Source: Candidatus Eiseniibacteriota bacterium (GTDB taxonomy: Bacteria; Eisenbacteria; RBG-16-71-46; JABDJR01). From it: DNA of 64,000 bases. This document shows positions 29,146 through 39,388 of this stretch, one piece after another (position 1 is the stretch's first letter; the number at the start of each line of letters is the position of its first letter). The stretch spans positions 448,001 to 512,000 of the forward strand of contig CAVXKA010000002.1 in the NCBI GenBank assembly GCA_963762255.1. Reading direction: 5' to 3'. The position numbers and the translations under genes are program-made. A model generated the notes under the pieces. That model made no database searches, was not told the origin of the DNA, and saw nothing but the letters and a program-made list of their open reading frames with translations.

Positions 29146-32100
29146 ATGCTGAACCGCCTAAGCTGCTTGGTGGGTCTTCTATCGCTGGTGTGGGGAGGGA
29201 TGGGCGTCAACGTTCTCGAGGCTGCCACGGTAAGCCGCGAGATCGTGGTTCCCGCCCGTGATCTCACCTCCCGCTCCCTGAACGGGCTGGATCTGCTCGA
29301 TCTTCGCGGCGGGGCGAGTGCCCTGGCCGAGGGGTTCCCGGATCTCCCCCTGCTCCCTGTTCATGTCCTCCTGCCCGAAGGTTCGTATGCGGTCGCGGTG
29401 CGGGTGGTGCCCATCGAGAGCACCGTGATGCCGGACCGGTATCGACTCGGCGCGGTCGGCACGGCCCGACCCGGAGAGACGCCCCTCCTCCTGCCGGTGG
29501 ATCCGGCCCTCCTGAGTTCGGCCGCCTGGTATCCGGCAGAGCCGCTCGTCCGTTTTCAGAACGGTCGGATGCGGGGCCGTTCGCTGGCAGCGGTGGCAGT
29601 GGCGCCGGTGTCCTGGCTTCCCGCCACCGGTGAAGTACGCCTTCTCACGCGGTTCCGCGTCGAGGTGACCACCGAGCAGCGGCCCGCCGCTCCCGGCGAC
29701 CTTCGTCTTTCCCGGGAGAGCGCGGAGGGGCGCCGGTCTTTCGACGAAGCGCTGTCCGCCCTTGCCGGGGCCGATCCCGGCACCGGCATCCTCGGCGCCG
29801 CCTCCACCCTCGCGCCCAAGGTCAATAGCGGAGCCCCGTTCGCGCCCACTTTCCGCCCCAGCATCGACGGGAGCCCGGTGGAATTGGTCATCATCACCAC
29901 CGCCGGCCAGGAAGCGGAGTACCAGCGCCTGGCCGACTTTCGGACCAAGACCGGCGTCAGCGCGGTTGTGCGTACCGTGGACTGGATCCAGGCCAACTAT
30001 CCCCTGGGAGTCGACCTGCAGGAGACGATCCGCCTTTTCATCCGGGACGCGGTCGACAAGTGGGGAACCGCCTGGGTGCTTCTGGGCGGGGACACCGATT
30101 TCATCCCGATCCGCTACGGGTTCACGATCTTCTACGGCACCGAGGAGATTCCGACCGATCTCTATTACACCGATCTGGACGGGAACTGGAATGGGGACGG
30201 GGACGCAGCCTTCGGAGAGGGGTACTTCAGCATTTCCAGCCCCGGCGACGGCGTAGACCTCTACCCTGACGTTTGGCTGGGCCGACTCCCCTCCAACTCG
30301 CAGGCCGAGGCGCAGCTCTTGGTCGACAAGACGCTCGACTACATGCAGTCCCCACCCATGGGATATCAGAACGACTTCCTGATGCTGGGCGAGGTGCTGT
30401 TCCCTCAGACATGGACTCCCGGAGAATCGATTCAATTCGACGGCGCGACCCTCTGTGAGGACGTGATGGATTCCATGCTGGTCCAGAACCGCACGGTGCG
30501 GATGTACGAGAACTACACAGCCTACCCGGGGGCCCTCCCGGAGATGAAGGCGGCGGTGCTCGATTCCATCGACGCAGGCTTCAACCTCGTCCACCACGTG
30601 GGACACGGTTACGTCAACACCATGTCGGTGGGACTCCTCCATCAGACCTTGAGCAACGGCGATGCCGACGCCCTAACGAACGGGAATGAGACCTTCCTGC
30701 TCTACGCGATCAACTGCACGTCGGGGGCAGTGGATTACAACTGCATCGCCGAACGCTTTCTCACGAACGCGAACGGCGGAGCGTTCGGGGTGATGGGATC
30801 CACTCGGCTGGATTTCCCCAGCACCGGCCGGTACTACGAGAACGAGTTCTACGGGTTGCTCTTTCACTCGGCGAGCAACGAGTTGGGCAGGATCTGCGCC
30901 TTGTCGCGGGTGCCGTTCGTCCCGTTCGCCAGCCAGGACAACACGCATCGATGGACCCAGTTCTCACAGATCTACCTTGGGGACCCCAATCTGGAGTTCT
31001 GGACCGACGTTCCCTTCAGTCTCACGGTCAATCACTCCGGGACCTTCACGCTCGGGCAGGGCACCTACACCGTTACGGTTCTGCGGGGAGCGTCGCCGAT
31101 GCCCGACGTGCGTGTGGCCCTCTTCAAGAACGGCGACGCATATGCCGTCGGGACCACGAACGGCAGCGGTCAGGTCGTGCTCCCGTTCCGGCCTGATGAG
31201 ACCGGGAGCTTCAGCGTGGGGGCCTACCTGCATGGCGCCCTCCCCTATCTCGGCAGCGGGACGGTGGTCGCCCCTGGCGCCGCTCCGTATCTCTACGCGG
31301 TGAGCCAAGGGATCAACGACGACGCGGTGAGTCCCTCCATAGGCAACGGGGACGGGAAGATCGACTCCGGGGAGACCGTGGAGTTCCGCTTCAGCTTGAA
31401 GAACAACGGCGGAGTCACCGAGACCGGTATCTCGGCCACTCTCTCGACCACGGATCCCTACCTGAGCATCGTCGACAATCTGGCGCAGTTCGGCAATATT
31501 GCGGCCGGGCAGACTGTGCAGGCCAGCGACCCATTCACGGTGGCGGTCCTCCGCGGCGCTCCCGACCGATTGGAGGCGCACGCCACGCTCAACGTGTTCG
31601 GCGTGTTCGGCGTGTACACCCAGGACGTGATCCTCTATGTCCATGCTCCGGTGTTCGAGTACTACCGGCAGTCGGTGAGGGACACCGTGGGGAGCGGCAA
31701 CGGCGACGGCGTGCTGACCGTCAACGAGGACTTCGCCATCGTCCCCACTCTGCGCAACATCGGACTCGGGCAGGCGACTTCGGTCCAGGTGCGGTTGCGG
31801 AGCACGGACCCGGCGGTCACGATCACCGACTCGGTCGGCGTCATCGGGACGATCGCCCCCGGAATGAAGGGAGTGAACCTCACCGACGGCGTGGCCGCGC
31901 GTCTCTCCGATGTCACCTCGTATCATCAGCTCCGCATGGTGGCCGTCGACAGTTACGGGGAGGTGTTCTCCACCATCGTGGACACCGGCGCGCCCACCGC
32001 AATCACCGGCGTGACCGCGTACGGGGGCGCCTCCTCGGTCGCGCTGACCTGGAGCGTATCCCCCGCCGTGGACCTCTGGGGATACGCGGTCTATCGCGCG

Positions 32101-33906
32101 CCGGCCTCGACCGGCCCCTTCACCCGGATCAACGCATGGACCGCGGACCGGACTTCTTATTACGTGGACAGCGGGCTGTCCGGCCTCACCCGCTACTACT
32201 ACAAGATCGCGGTCGTGGACACGTCGGGGAACCAGAGCGACCTCTCCACAGCGCTTTCGGCGACCACGACCCTTCCCATGTGTGCGAACTTTCCGGTGGA
32301 AGTGCTTACCGCGACCATGTCGGGGATCACCCTCGCCGACCTCGACACCGATGGCAGCCTCGAAATCGTCACCGGCGGCGAGGAAATCTACGCCTTGCGT
32401 TACACGGGGGACGAGTTCTACGACGGCGATCAGGACGTCCGCACGCTGGGTCCGCTCACCAGCACGGGGCAGACTTTGTACTGGAACACCCCCGCCGCGG
32501 CCGACATCGACCGCGACGGACATGTCGAGGTCGCCGCGGTGAGCTGGAACGACGCCAAGCTCCATGTCGTGGATGAACAGGGTGTCGAGCTGCCCGGCTG
32601 GCCCAAGAGCGTGAACCCCCTCGGCGAAGCCGCCCCCAACCCCGTTGGGTCGGTGTGCCTGGCGGACATCGACGCGGACGGCGACTTGGAGCTCTTCTGC
32701 ACGGTGGCGAAGTGCCTGTTCGCATGGCACCACGACGGCACGGAGCTCCGTGACGGCGACAGCAATCCCGCCACAGACGGGGTTCTGGTGGTCAGCGGAT
32801 CCAGCTTTTCCTACGGCACACCCACTGTCGCCAACATCGACACCGAACCCTACCGGGAGATCATCGCCGGCATGCGGGACGGGAAGTTGTACGTGTTCCA
32901 CCACGACGGCACACCCTACTCCGGATTCCCCTTCGTGACCGGCGGGGACATCACCACAAGCCCCGCGGTCGGCGATATCGACAACGACGGGCGGATGGAG
33001 ATCGTGTTCGGGTCGGGGATAGACTCCAAGGTCTACGCCATCCGCTCGGACAAGACCTCCGCTGCCGGCTTCCCGGTGGATATCCAACTCCAACAGGACG
33101 TGGATTCCTCGCCGGCGCTGGCCGATGTCACCAACGACGGATACCTGGATGTGGTGATCGGGGCATCCAACGGCAGCCTCTTTCTCTTCCGCGGCAATGG
33201 CGGCACTATTCCCACCGGGTGGCCGGTGGCAATCAAGGATAATGCGGGAACCAAGATTGCGATTCGATCCAGCCCGGCGGTAGCCGACGTGGATGGGGAC
33301 GGATCCATGGACATCGTGGTCGGGGACCAGAGCGGGCGGCTGCACGGCTTCACAGCCGCAGGCCAGTACCTTCCCGGATTTCCCATTCAAACGGGAAATA
33401 TCCTCTATGGCGCGCCGGCGGTCTGGGACATTGATCACGACGGGCTCACCGAGATCATCGCCATGAGCTTCGACCAGAAGATCTACTGTTGGGACACGCC
33501 GTGGACCTTTGACCAGTCCAAGGCGGTGTGGCCGATGTTCAAGCGCAACCAGCGCAACACCGGCGCGGTTGCCGACGACATCCTGGCCGTGACTGCGGTG
33601 CCGGACGAACCCACCGGCCTCCGCCCGGCGCTCCTGCAGAACTACCCCAACCCGTTCTTCGCCTCGACGCTCATCCGCTATCGGGTGCCGGAAGGCGAGG
33701 CGTATCGGGGAGTGCGGCTCCAGGTCTTCGATCTCAACGGGCGCATTGTCCGATCGATGGTCAACGGCGAGCAGCCTCCGGGGCTCTACGAGTTGTCCTG
33801 GGATGGAAAAGACACCCAGGGTCGCCGGGTAGCTTCGGGCATCTACCCGTACCGCCTGGAGGTGGGTGGCGAAGTTCTCTCCCGCAAGATGGTCATCCTC
33901 CACTGA
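29146..33906 (+). CDS. Secreted gingipain-like C25 cysteine peptidase with propeptide, Ig/FN3 domains, FG-GAP repeats and a T9SS-type (FlgD-Ig) C-terminal domain
   Basis: Signal peptide; WVLLGGD, PTDLYY, PDVWLGRLP, catalytic HVGHG and INCTSG, YLGDP; repeated SSPA.ADxDxDG; C-terminal LLQNYPNPF...FDLNGR...WDGKD..GRRVASGIY.YRL...KMVILH. Confidence 0.88.
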   Translation: MLNRLSCLVGLLSLVWGGMGVNVLEAATVSREIVVPARDLTSRSLNGLDLLDLRGGASALAEGFPDLPLLPVHVLLPEGSYAVAVRVVPIESTVMPDRYRLGAVGTARPGETPLLLPVDPALLSSAAWYPAEPLVRFQNGRMRGRSLAAVAVAPVSWLPATGEVRLLTRFRVEVTTEQRPAAPGDLRLSRESAEGRRSFDEALSALAGADPGTGILGAASTLAPKVNSGAPFAPTFRPSIDGSPVELVIITTAGQEAEYQRLADFRTKTGVSAVVRTVDWIQANYPLGVDLQETIRLFIRDAVDKWGTAWVLLGGDTDFIPIRYGFTIFYGTEEIPTDLYYTDLDGNWNGDGDAAFGEGYFSISSPGDGVDLYPDVWLGRLPSNSQAEAQLLVDKTLDYMQSPPMGYQNDFLMLGEVLFPQTWTPGESIQFDGATLCEDVMDSMLVQNRTVRMYENYTAYPGALPEMKAAVLDSIDAGFNLVHHVGHGYVNTMSVGLLHQTLSNGDADALTNGNETFLLYAINCTSGAVDYNCIAERFLTNANGGAFGVMGSTRLDFPSTGRYYENEFYGLLFHSASNELGRICALSRVPFVPFASQDNTHRWTQFSQIYLGDPNLEFWTDVPFSLTVNHSGTFTLGQGTYTVTVLRGASPMPDVRVALFKNGDAYAVGTTNGSGQVVLPFRPDETGSFSVGAYLHGALPYLGSGTVVAPGAAPYLYAVSQGINDDAVSPSIGNGDGKIDSGETVEFRFSLKNNGGVTETGISATLSTTDPYLSIVDNLAQFGNIAAGQTVQASDPFTVAVLRGAPDRLEAHATLNVFGVFGVYTQDVILYVHAPVFEYYRQSVRDTVGSGNGDGVLTVNEDFAIVPTLRNIGLGQATSVQVRLRSTDPAVTITDSVGVIGTIAPGMKGVNLTDGVAARLSDVTSYHQLRMVAVDSYGEVFSTIVDTGAPTAITGVTAYGGASSVALTWSVSPAVDLWGYAVYRAPASTGPFTRINAWTADRTSYYVDSGLSGLTRYYYKIAVVDTSGNQSDLSTALSATTTLPMCANFPVEVLTATMSGITLADLDTDGSLEIVTGGEEIYALRYTGDEFYDGDQDVRTLGPLTSTGQTLYWNTPAAADIDRDGHVEVAAVSWNDAKLHVVDEQGVELPGWPKSVNPLGEAAPNPVGSVCLADIDADGDLELFCTVAKCLFAWHHDGTELRDGDSNPATDGVLVVSGSSFSYGTPTVANIDTEPYREIIAGMRDGKLYVFHHDGTPYSGFPFVTGGDITTSPAVGDIDNDGRMEIVFGSGIDSKVYAIRSDKTSAAGFPVDIQLQQDVDSSPALADVTNDGYLDVVIGASNGSLFLFRGNGGTIPTGWPVAIKDNAGTKIAIRSSPAVADVDGDGSMDIVVGDQSGRLHGFTAAGQYLPGFPIQTGNILYGAPAVWDIDHDGLTEIIAMSFDQKIYCWDTPWTFDQSKAVWPMFKRNQRNTGAVADDILAVTAVPDEPTGLRPALLQNYPNPFFASTLIRYRVPEGEAYRGVRLQVFDLNGRIVRSMVNGEQPPGLYELSWDGKDTQGRRVASGIYPYRLEVGGEVLSRKMVILH

Positions 33907-33913
33907 GTTCGGA

Positions 33914-33942
33914 AGGGGGCGAGGCCGCCGGCTTCGCCCCCT
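33914..33942 (+). terminator. GC-rich hairpin after the C25 peptidase
   Basis: AGGGGGCGAGGCC/GGCTTCGCCCCCT stem; weak U-tract. Confidence 0.45.
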
Positions 33943-34000
33943 CCTCATTCACGCCTTGCTCTTGTGACCGGCCCATCCGGGGCTTAATCTAGACTCCCGC

Positions 34001-35920
34001 ATGCGAACCCTCTTGCGCCTCGGCCGGTACTTCAAGCCCCTGTGGCGAACGATCCTCGTTGGACTCGTTCTCATGGCGCTCTTCGCACTTTTCAGCGGAT
34101 TCTCCATCGGTCTGGTGCTTCCCATCATGGACAAGGTCTTCCTGCGCACCCAGGCACCGGTGCAGACGCCGCTCCCGGTGGGGCAGGGTCTCGCGGAAAC
34201 CTGGAGCGCGACGCGGGGGGCCCTCGCCGGCGAGGGGGGCCTCGGCGCCCGCATGGACGCCGCGCGCGCGGCCGGACTGGCCGGCCTGCGGCGCATCCAG
34301 GAACAATCCCCGCCTCTCGAGATCCTGGCCTGGCTGTGTGTGATCACGCTGATCGCGGTCTTTCTCAAGAATGTCGCCGACTTCGGCCGCAAGATCGCCT
34401 TCATCCGCGTCGAGCAACGATCCGCCGAGGCGCTCCGGGGCGAACTCTTCCGCCGGGTGGTGGCCTTCCCCCTCGCAACCTTCACCAAGGTGCCCAGCGG
34501 TCAGTTTCTGAGCCGTCTCATCACCGACGTCGAGCTGGTCAAGACCTTCACGATCAACAACGCGGCCAATTTCGCTCACAACCTGCTCCAGGTCGTCGTG
34601 TATCTGGGGATTACGGTGTGGGCGAGCCCGCAGCTCGCTCTGGTGAGCTTCCTCGTCGTCCCCCCCATCGCCTTCATCACCGGAAAGCTGGCCTCCAAGC
34701 TCCGTCGTCAGAGCGGCCGGGCTCAGGCCCGCATCGCGGAGATGACCTCTGCGCTTCAAGAAGTGCTGGGCGGAATCCGCATCGTCAAAGCCTTCGGGAC
34801 CGAGGGGCGGGAGAACCACCGATTCATCGGCGCCGTCGGCCGCTACCGGCGAACGGTGGAGTACCTCATGGGCCTCGACAGTCTCGCCTCGCCCCTCTCC
34901 GAGTTCTGGGGGGTGACAATCGGCGTGGCGGTGCTGTACTACGGCGGCCGCCTGGTGCTCAGCAGCGGCGCCGAAATGACTCCTGGCCGGTTCTTCGTGT
35001 TCTTCCTCGCCCTGGTATCCATGCTGCACCCGCTCAAACAACTCTCCAACGTGGTGACGCGCTTTCAGCGGGGCGCCGCCGCCGCCGATCGGTTGTTCGA
35101 AGTTCTGGACATGCCGATCGAGACCGACGCCCCCGGCGCGCGTTCGGTGGAGGCGATTCGGCACGATCTACGCTTCGATGACGTCTCTTTCGAGTACGAT
35201 CCGGACCGACCGGTCTTGCGCGGCGTGTCCTTCAAGGCCGAAGCGGGCACGACCACCGCACTGGTGGGGCCGAGCGGCGGCGGGAAATCGACCTTGGTGG
35301 ATCTCATCCCCCGCTTCCACGACCCCACTGCCGGGCGCGTCCTTCTCGACGGGGTGGATCTGCGCGAGCTGCGCCGGCGCGACCTGCGTTCTCTCATAGG
35401 TATCGTGACCCAGGAGACGCTTCTCTTCAACGACACCGTGGCCGAGAACATCGCCTACGGGGCGGAGGGGGTCGACCGGGAGCGGGTGGAGGCGGCCGCG
35501 CGCGCGGCCAACGCTCACGAGTTCATCGCCGCGATGCCGCGTGGATACGACACGATGATCGGCGAGCGCGGGGTGCTCCTCTCCGGCGGGCAGCGCCAGC
35601 GACTGGCCCTCGCCCGCGCCGTGCTGCGCAATCCAGCGATCCTGATCCTCGACGAGGCGACGTCCTCGCTCGACACGGAATCGGAGAACCTGGTGCAGGA
35701 GGCGCTCGAGCGTCTCCTGGCCGGCCGCACCACCTTCGTGATCGCCCACCGCCTCAGCACGGTCATGCGCGCCGACCGGATCCTGGTCCTCAACGAAGGG
35801 CGCATTGCGGAGTCCGGTACCCACACCGAACTCCTCGCCCGGCCGGGGCTCTACCATCGCCTCTACACGCTTCAGTTTCGCGACGAGGACGCTCCGCGGC
35901 CGGACCGGGTGGAATCCTGA
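34001..35920 (+). CDS. MsbA-like ABC exporter (fused TMD and NBD)
   Basis: TM region, Walker A GPSGGGKST, LSGGQRQR, ILDEATS, IAHRLST; heads a glycosyltransferase cluster. Confidence 0.9.
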   Translation: MRTLLRLGRYFKPLWRTILVGLVLMALFALFSGFSIGLVLPIMDKVFLRTQAPVQTPLPVGQGLAETWSATRGALAGEGGLGARMDAARAAGLAGLRRIQEQSPPLEILAWLCVITLIAVFLKNVADFGRKIAFIRVEQRSAEALRGELFRRVVAFPLATFTKVPSGQFLSRLITDVELVKTFTINNAANFAHNLLQVVVYLGITVWASPQLALVSFLVVPPIAFITGKLASKLRRQSGRAQARIAEMTSALQEVLGGIRIVKAFGTEGRENHRFIGAVGRYRRTVEYLMGLDSLASPLSEFWGVTIGVAVLYYGGRLVLSSGAEMTPGRFFVFFLALVSMLHPLKQLSNVVTRFQRGAAAADRLFEVLDMPIETDAPGARSVEAIRHDLRFDDVSFEYDPDRPVLRGVSFKAEAGTTTALVGPSGGGKSTLVDLIPRFHDPTAGRVLLDGVDLRELRRRDLRSLIGIVTQETLLFNDTVAENIAYGAEGVDRERVEAAARAANAHEFIAAMPRGYDTMIGERGVLLSGGQRQRLALARAVLRNPAILILDEATSSLDTESENLVQEALERLLAGRTTFVIAHRLSTVMRADRILVLNEGRIAESGTHTELLARPGLYHRLYTLQFRDEDAPRPDRVES

Positions 35921-35921
35921 C

Positions 35922-37226
35922 ATGCTCGTCTCCGCCCCCACCTCCGTCGGCGACGTTCTCGACCGCATCACGATTCTGCGGATCAAGGAACGCGAGATCG
36001 CCGATCCGGGAAAGCGCGCGAATGTGGGCAAGGAGCTCGCCGAACTGCTCGCGCTGGCCGACCGCAACGGTCTTCGCGATCCCGAGCTGGAGGCCGAGCT
36101 CGAAGCCGTGAACGCGGCGCTCTGGCGGATCGAGGACGAACTACGACGGCTCGAGCGCGACCAGAACTTCTCCGATCGCTTCGTGCGCTTGGCCCGCGAC
36201 GTCTATTTCACCAACGACCGTCGAGCCGGGATCAAACGCCGTATCAACGCCCGGTTCGGGTCGACCCTCATCGAGGAGAAGCACTACGTTCCCTACGCCG
36301 GATCCTCACCGTCCGCCTCCACGGACCCCGGCGGGGCTGGCGAAGAAAGCGTTCCCACCAGGGGCCAGGGTGCGGGCCACGCCCCGCCGCTCCGCGGTCT
36401 CGACCGCCTCGACTACTCCCACATCCATCTCACCATGGTGGCGAGCTACTACTTCGAGCGGGCGGGAGACGGTTCGCTGATCGAGCTTCTGCAGGAGTAT
36501 GCCTCGCTGCCACCCGATTTGCTCGACCGCATGCAGTTCGTCCTCGTGGATGACGGCTCTCCGGTCCCGGTCGAAGTCCCGCGCGACCTCGATCTGAACC
36601 TGCTTCTGCTGCGTATCAACGCCGACATCCCGTGGAACTGGGCGGGCGGGCGCAACCTCGGCGCGGTCTGCGCGCGCTCGGAGAAGATCCTCTTCACCGA
36701 CATCGATCATCGATTCCCCGAGGCAACGCTGCGCCGTCTGCTCGCCATGGGCGACCCCGGCCGCTCTCTCTACCGGTTCCACAGGCGCCGGCCCGACGGC
36801 GCCCCACTCGGCGTCCCGACCAACATCCATTGCATGTCGCGGGGGAGATTTCTGCGGCTCTTCGGGTACGACGAGGAACTCTGCGGTCACTACGGCAGCG
36901 ATCCGATGTTCTTCCAGTGGCAGAAGCTGCACGGTACCCGGCTTCGCCGCCTCTCCTCGCGCTACCCGTGCTTCCTGCGCGAGCGACATGCCGAGGATGC
37001 CGGGCATTCGCTCAGCCGGGATTCCGCCCACAGCCACGAGATTCGCCGGCGCAACATGGAGCGGATCCGCCGCTACGGAGAAGCCGCGGGGCACAGCCGA
37101 AGCTTTCTCTGCTTCCCCTGGGAAGTCACCGCCGATCTCCACCGCGGGAACGCGCCTGCTCCGGTGCGCGAAGACCGGGGGTGGGCGCGGCGTTGGTGGC
37201 TCCGCTGGCTCTTCGGGCGAGGGTGA
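35922..37226 (+). CDS. DUF6165-like domain fused to a GT-A (GT2-like) glycosyltransferase
   Basis: N-terminal SVGDVLDRITILRIK...LWRIED...VYFTNDRR..IKRRIN...EEKHY; C-terminal VLVDDGS, GGRNLG, FTDID, GYDE..CGHYG. Confidence 0.75.
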   Translation: MLVSAPTSVGDVLDRITILRIKEREIADPGKRANVGKELAELLALADRNGLRDPELEAELEAVNAALWRIEDELRRLERDQNFSDRFVRLARDVYFTNDRRAGIKRRINARFGSTLIEEKHYVPYAGSSPSASTDPGGAGEESVPTRGQGAGHAPPLRGLDRLDYSHIHLTMVASYYFERAGDGSLIELLQEYASLPPDLLDRMQFVLVDDGSPVPVEVPRDLDLNLLLLRINADIPWNWAGGRNLGAVCARSEKILFTDIDHRFPEATLRRLLAMGDPGRSLYRFHRRRPDGAPLGVPTNIHCMSRGRFLRLFGYDEELCGHYGSDPMFFQWQKLHGTRLRRLSSRYPCFLRERHAEDAGHSLSRDSAHSHEIRRRNMERIRRYGEAAGHSRSFLCFPWEVTADLHRGNAPAPVREDRGWARRWWLRWLFGRG

Positions 37227-37240
37227 CCCGTGTGCCCGCG

Positions 37241-38380
37241 ATGACGTCTTCTCCGCTCCGCGTCGACTTCGTCAACTCCACCCACCGCTGGCGCGGAGTC
37301 AAGAGTTGGACCTTGCGCACGGCCGGCGGCTTGCAGCGTCGAGGGCACGACGTGCACCTGTTCATCGCCCGGGGCAATGTCTTCGCGGCCGCTGCGCGCG
37401 AGGCCGGCCTGGATGTCACCGAGATCCACTTCGGTCCGGACTGGAATCCTTTCGCCGTCGGCGCGCTTCGCCGGCGGTTCGCCGGACGCGGAACCGAAGT
37501 CGTGATCACGAACGTGTCCAAGGACAATCGCATTGCGGGACCGGGGTGCCGCGCTCTCGGTATCCCGGTGCTGCAGCGTGTGGGGGCGAGCGGGGATCTG
37601 CGCGATCGTTGGCGTGTGCGGCTGGAGCAGCGCCGCTACGTGACCCGCATCGTGGTTCCCGCCCGCATCATCGCGAACCGTTTGCGCGGCTACCCGTGGC
37701 TACGCGCGGACGAACGCGTGATCGTCGTTCCCAACGGCGTCGATCTCTCGCGCTTTCGTCCCGGCGTCGGCGCGGGGGTGCTTCGCAGCGAGCTCGGTCT
37801 CGACGCGGCGACACCGCTCATCGTTGCCGCATCGCAGATCTCGCGCGTCAAGGGAGTCCACGTGCTCATCGAGGCCTTTGCCGCGCTCGGAGCGTCCGAT
37901 CCTCCGCCGCGGCTCGCGTTGATCGGCGAGGGGGACAGCGAGGGGGCGATGATGGCCGAGGCCCGCCGGCTTGGCGTCGCCGATCGCGTGCATGCGATCG
38001 GCTTTCGCCGAAACCTGGATGTCCTGTTCGAGGACGCCGATGTGGTGGCCCACCCCTCCATGTTCGAGGGCGAGGGTCTTCCCAACAGCGTGCTCGAGGC
38101 CATGGCAAAGGGCAGGGCGGTGGTGGCCACCCGCATCGGAGGCACGGACGAGGCACTCACCGACGAGCGGGAAGGGCTCCTGGTGCCGCCCGGCGACGTG
38201 GACGCGCTGAGACGGGCCCTCAGCCGCCTGCTCGCGGATCGCGCGTTGCGAGGGCGCCTCGGGACGGCCGCCCGCTCGCGCATGGAACGCGAGTTCGATG
38301 AGGATCTCATGGTCGATCGGATGGAGTCGCTCCTGTTCGCCATGCGCGAGGAAGGGCGCGCTCGGAGGCACGCGTCGTGA
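37241..38380 (+). CDS. Glycosyltransferase family 4
   Basis: VVPNGVD, KGVHVLI, EGLPNSVLEAMA, GLLVPPGD. Confidence 0.9.
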   Translation: MTSSPLRVDFVNSTHRWRGVKSWTLRTAGGLQRRGHDVHLFIARGNVFAAAAREAGLDVTEIHFGPDWNPFAVGALRRRFAGRGTEVVITNVSKDNRIAGPGCRALGIPVLQRVGASGDLRDRWRVRLEQRRYVTRIVVPARIIANRLRGYPWLRADERVIVVPNGVDLSRFRPGVGAGVLRSELGLDAATPLIVAASQISRVKGVHVLIEAFAALGASDPPPRLALIGEGDSEGAMMAEARRLGVADRVHAIGFRRNLDVLFEDADVVAHPSMFEGEGLPNSVLEAMAKGRAVVATRIGGTDEALTDEREGLLVPPGDVDALRRALSRLLADRALRGRLGTAARSRMEREFDEDLMVDRMESLLFAMREEGRARRHAS

Positions 38381-39357
38381 ATCGCACGCTGGAGTTCTGG
38401 ACCATCGGCGACACCCGGACCGCCAGCACCCGGTTACGCATCCACCAGTATGCGCCGCTTCTCGCGGCCGACGATCTGGCCCCGCGGATCCGCGCCATTC
38501 CTCACGGTTTCGCGCCGCGGCTCGGCCTCTTCGCAGAGCTCGCGGCCGGACGCCGACTCCTCGTGCAGAAGAAGCTCTTCTCTTCTCTCGAACTTCGGTG
38601 GTTATGTGCGCGCGTGGAGCGACTTCTCTACGATGTGGACGATGCGGTATATCTCGATCAGGGCGAGAGCACGCGAAATTGCGAGCGGTTTCGTCGGGTG
38701 ACCGAAGCAGCGGACCGGGTGGTGGCTGGGAACCCCACGCTCGCCGCGGCGTGCGCCGATCCTGCCCGAGCGGTGGTGCTCCCCACTCCCGTCGATACCC
38801 GACGCGTCACCCCCGGATCTCCGGAGACGAGGGAGCCGGGTCTCGTCGTGTGGATCGGAAGCCAGGCGGGACTTCCCAGCCTCGACCTGGTGTGGGCGGC
38901 CTGGGAACGCGTGCAAGCGCGGCGTCCCGAAGCCCGTCTCGCCATCCTGGCCGATCGCCCTCCGCGCCGATTGCCGCCCGGCGCGACCTTCGCGCCCTGG
39001 ACCGCCGAGCGCGAGGGGGATCTCCTCCGCCGGGCGACCGTCGGTCTCATGCCGCTCCTCGACACGCCGTTCAACCGCGGCAAGTGCGGGTTCAAGATCC
39101 TCCTGTACCAGGCCGCGGGAGTGGCGGTCATAGCCTCGCCGGTGGGGGTAAACGCCGATCTCGTGCGGCCGGAGGAAGACGGGTTCCTGGCCGCAAACGA
39201 AGCGGCCTGGGAAGACGCGCTCGATCGCTTGATCACAGATCCCCCGGTTGCCCGCCGCTTCGGGGAGTCGGGCCGCGCCCGCGTCGTGGTCACGCATTCC
39301 ATCGAGGCCCTCTACCCGCGATTCCGGGCTGCCCTTCTCGACGGCTGGGGATCATGA
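38377..39357 (+). CDS. Glycosyltransferase family 4-like
   Basis: ASTRLR, YDVDDA, WIGS, GKCGFKILLYQAAG, ASPVGVN. Confidence 0.85.
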   Translation: MNRTLEFWTIGDTRTASTRLRIHQYAPLLAADDLAPRIRAIPHGFAPRLGLFAELAAGRRLLVQKKLFSSLELRWLCARVERLLYDVDDAVYLDQGESTRNCERFRRVTEAADRVVAGNPTLAAACADPARAVVLPTPVDTRRVTPGSPETREPGLVVWIGSQAGLPSLDLVWAAWERVQARRPEARLAILADRPPRRLPPGATFAPWTAEREGDLLRRATVGLMPLLDTPFNRGKCGFKILLYQAAGVAVIASPVGVNADLVRPEEDGFLAANEAAWEDALDRLITDPPVARRFGESGRARVVVTHSIEALYPRFRAALLDGWGS

Positions 39358-39388
39358 ACCGCAGCGTCCGCGTCGCGGACTCGGCCCG

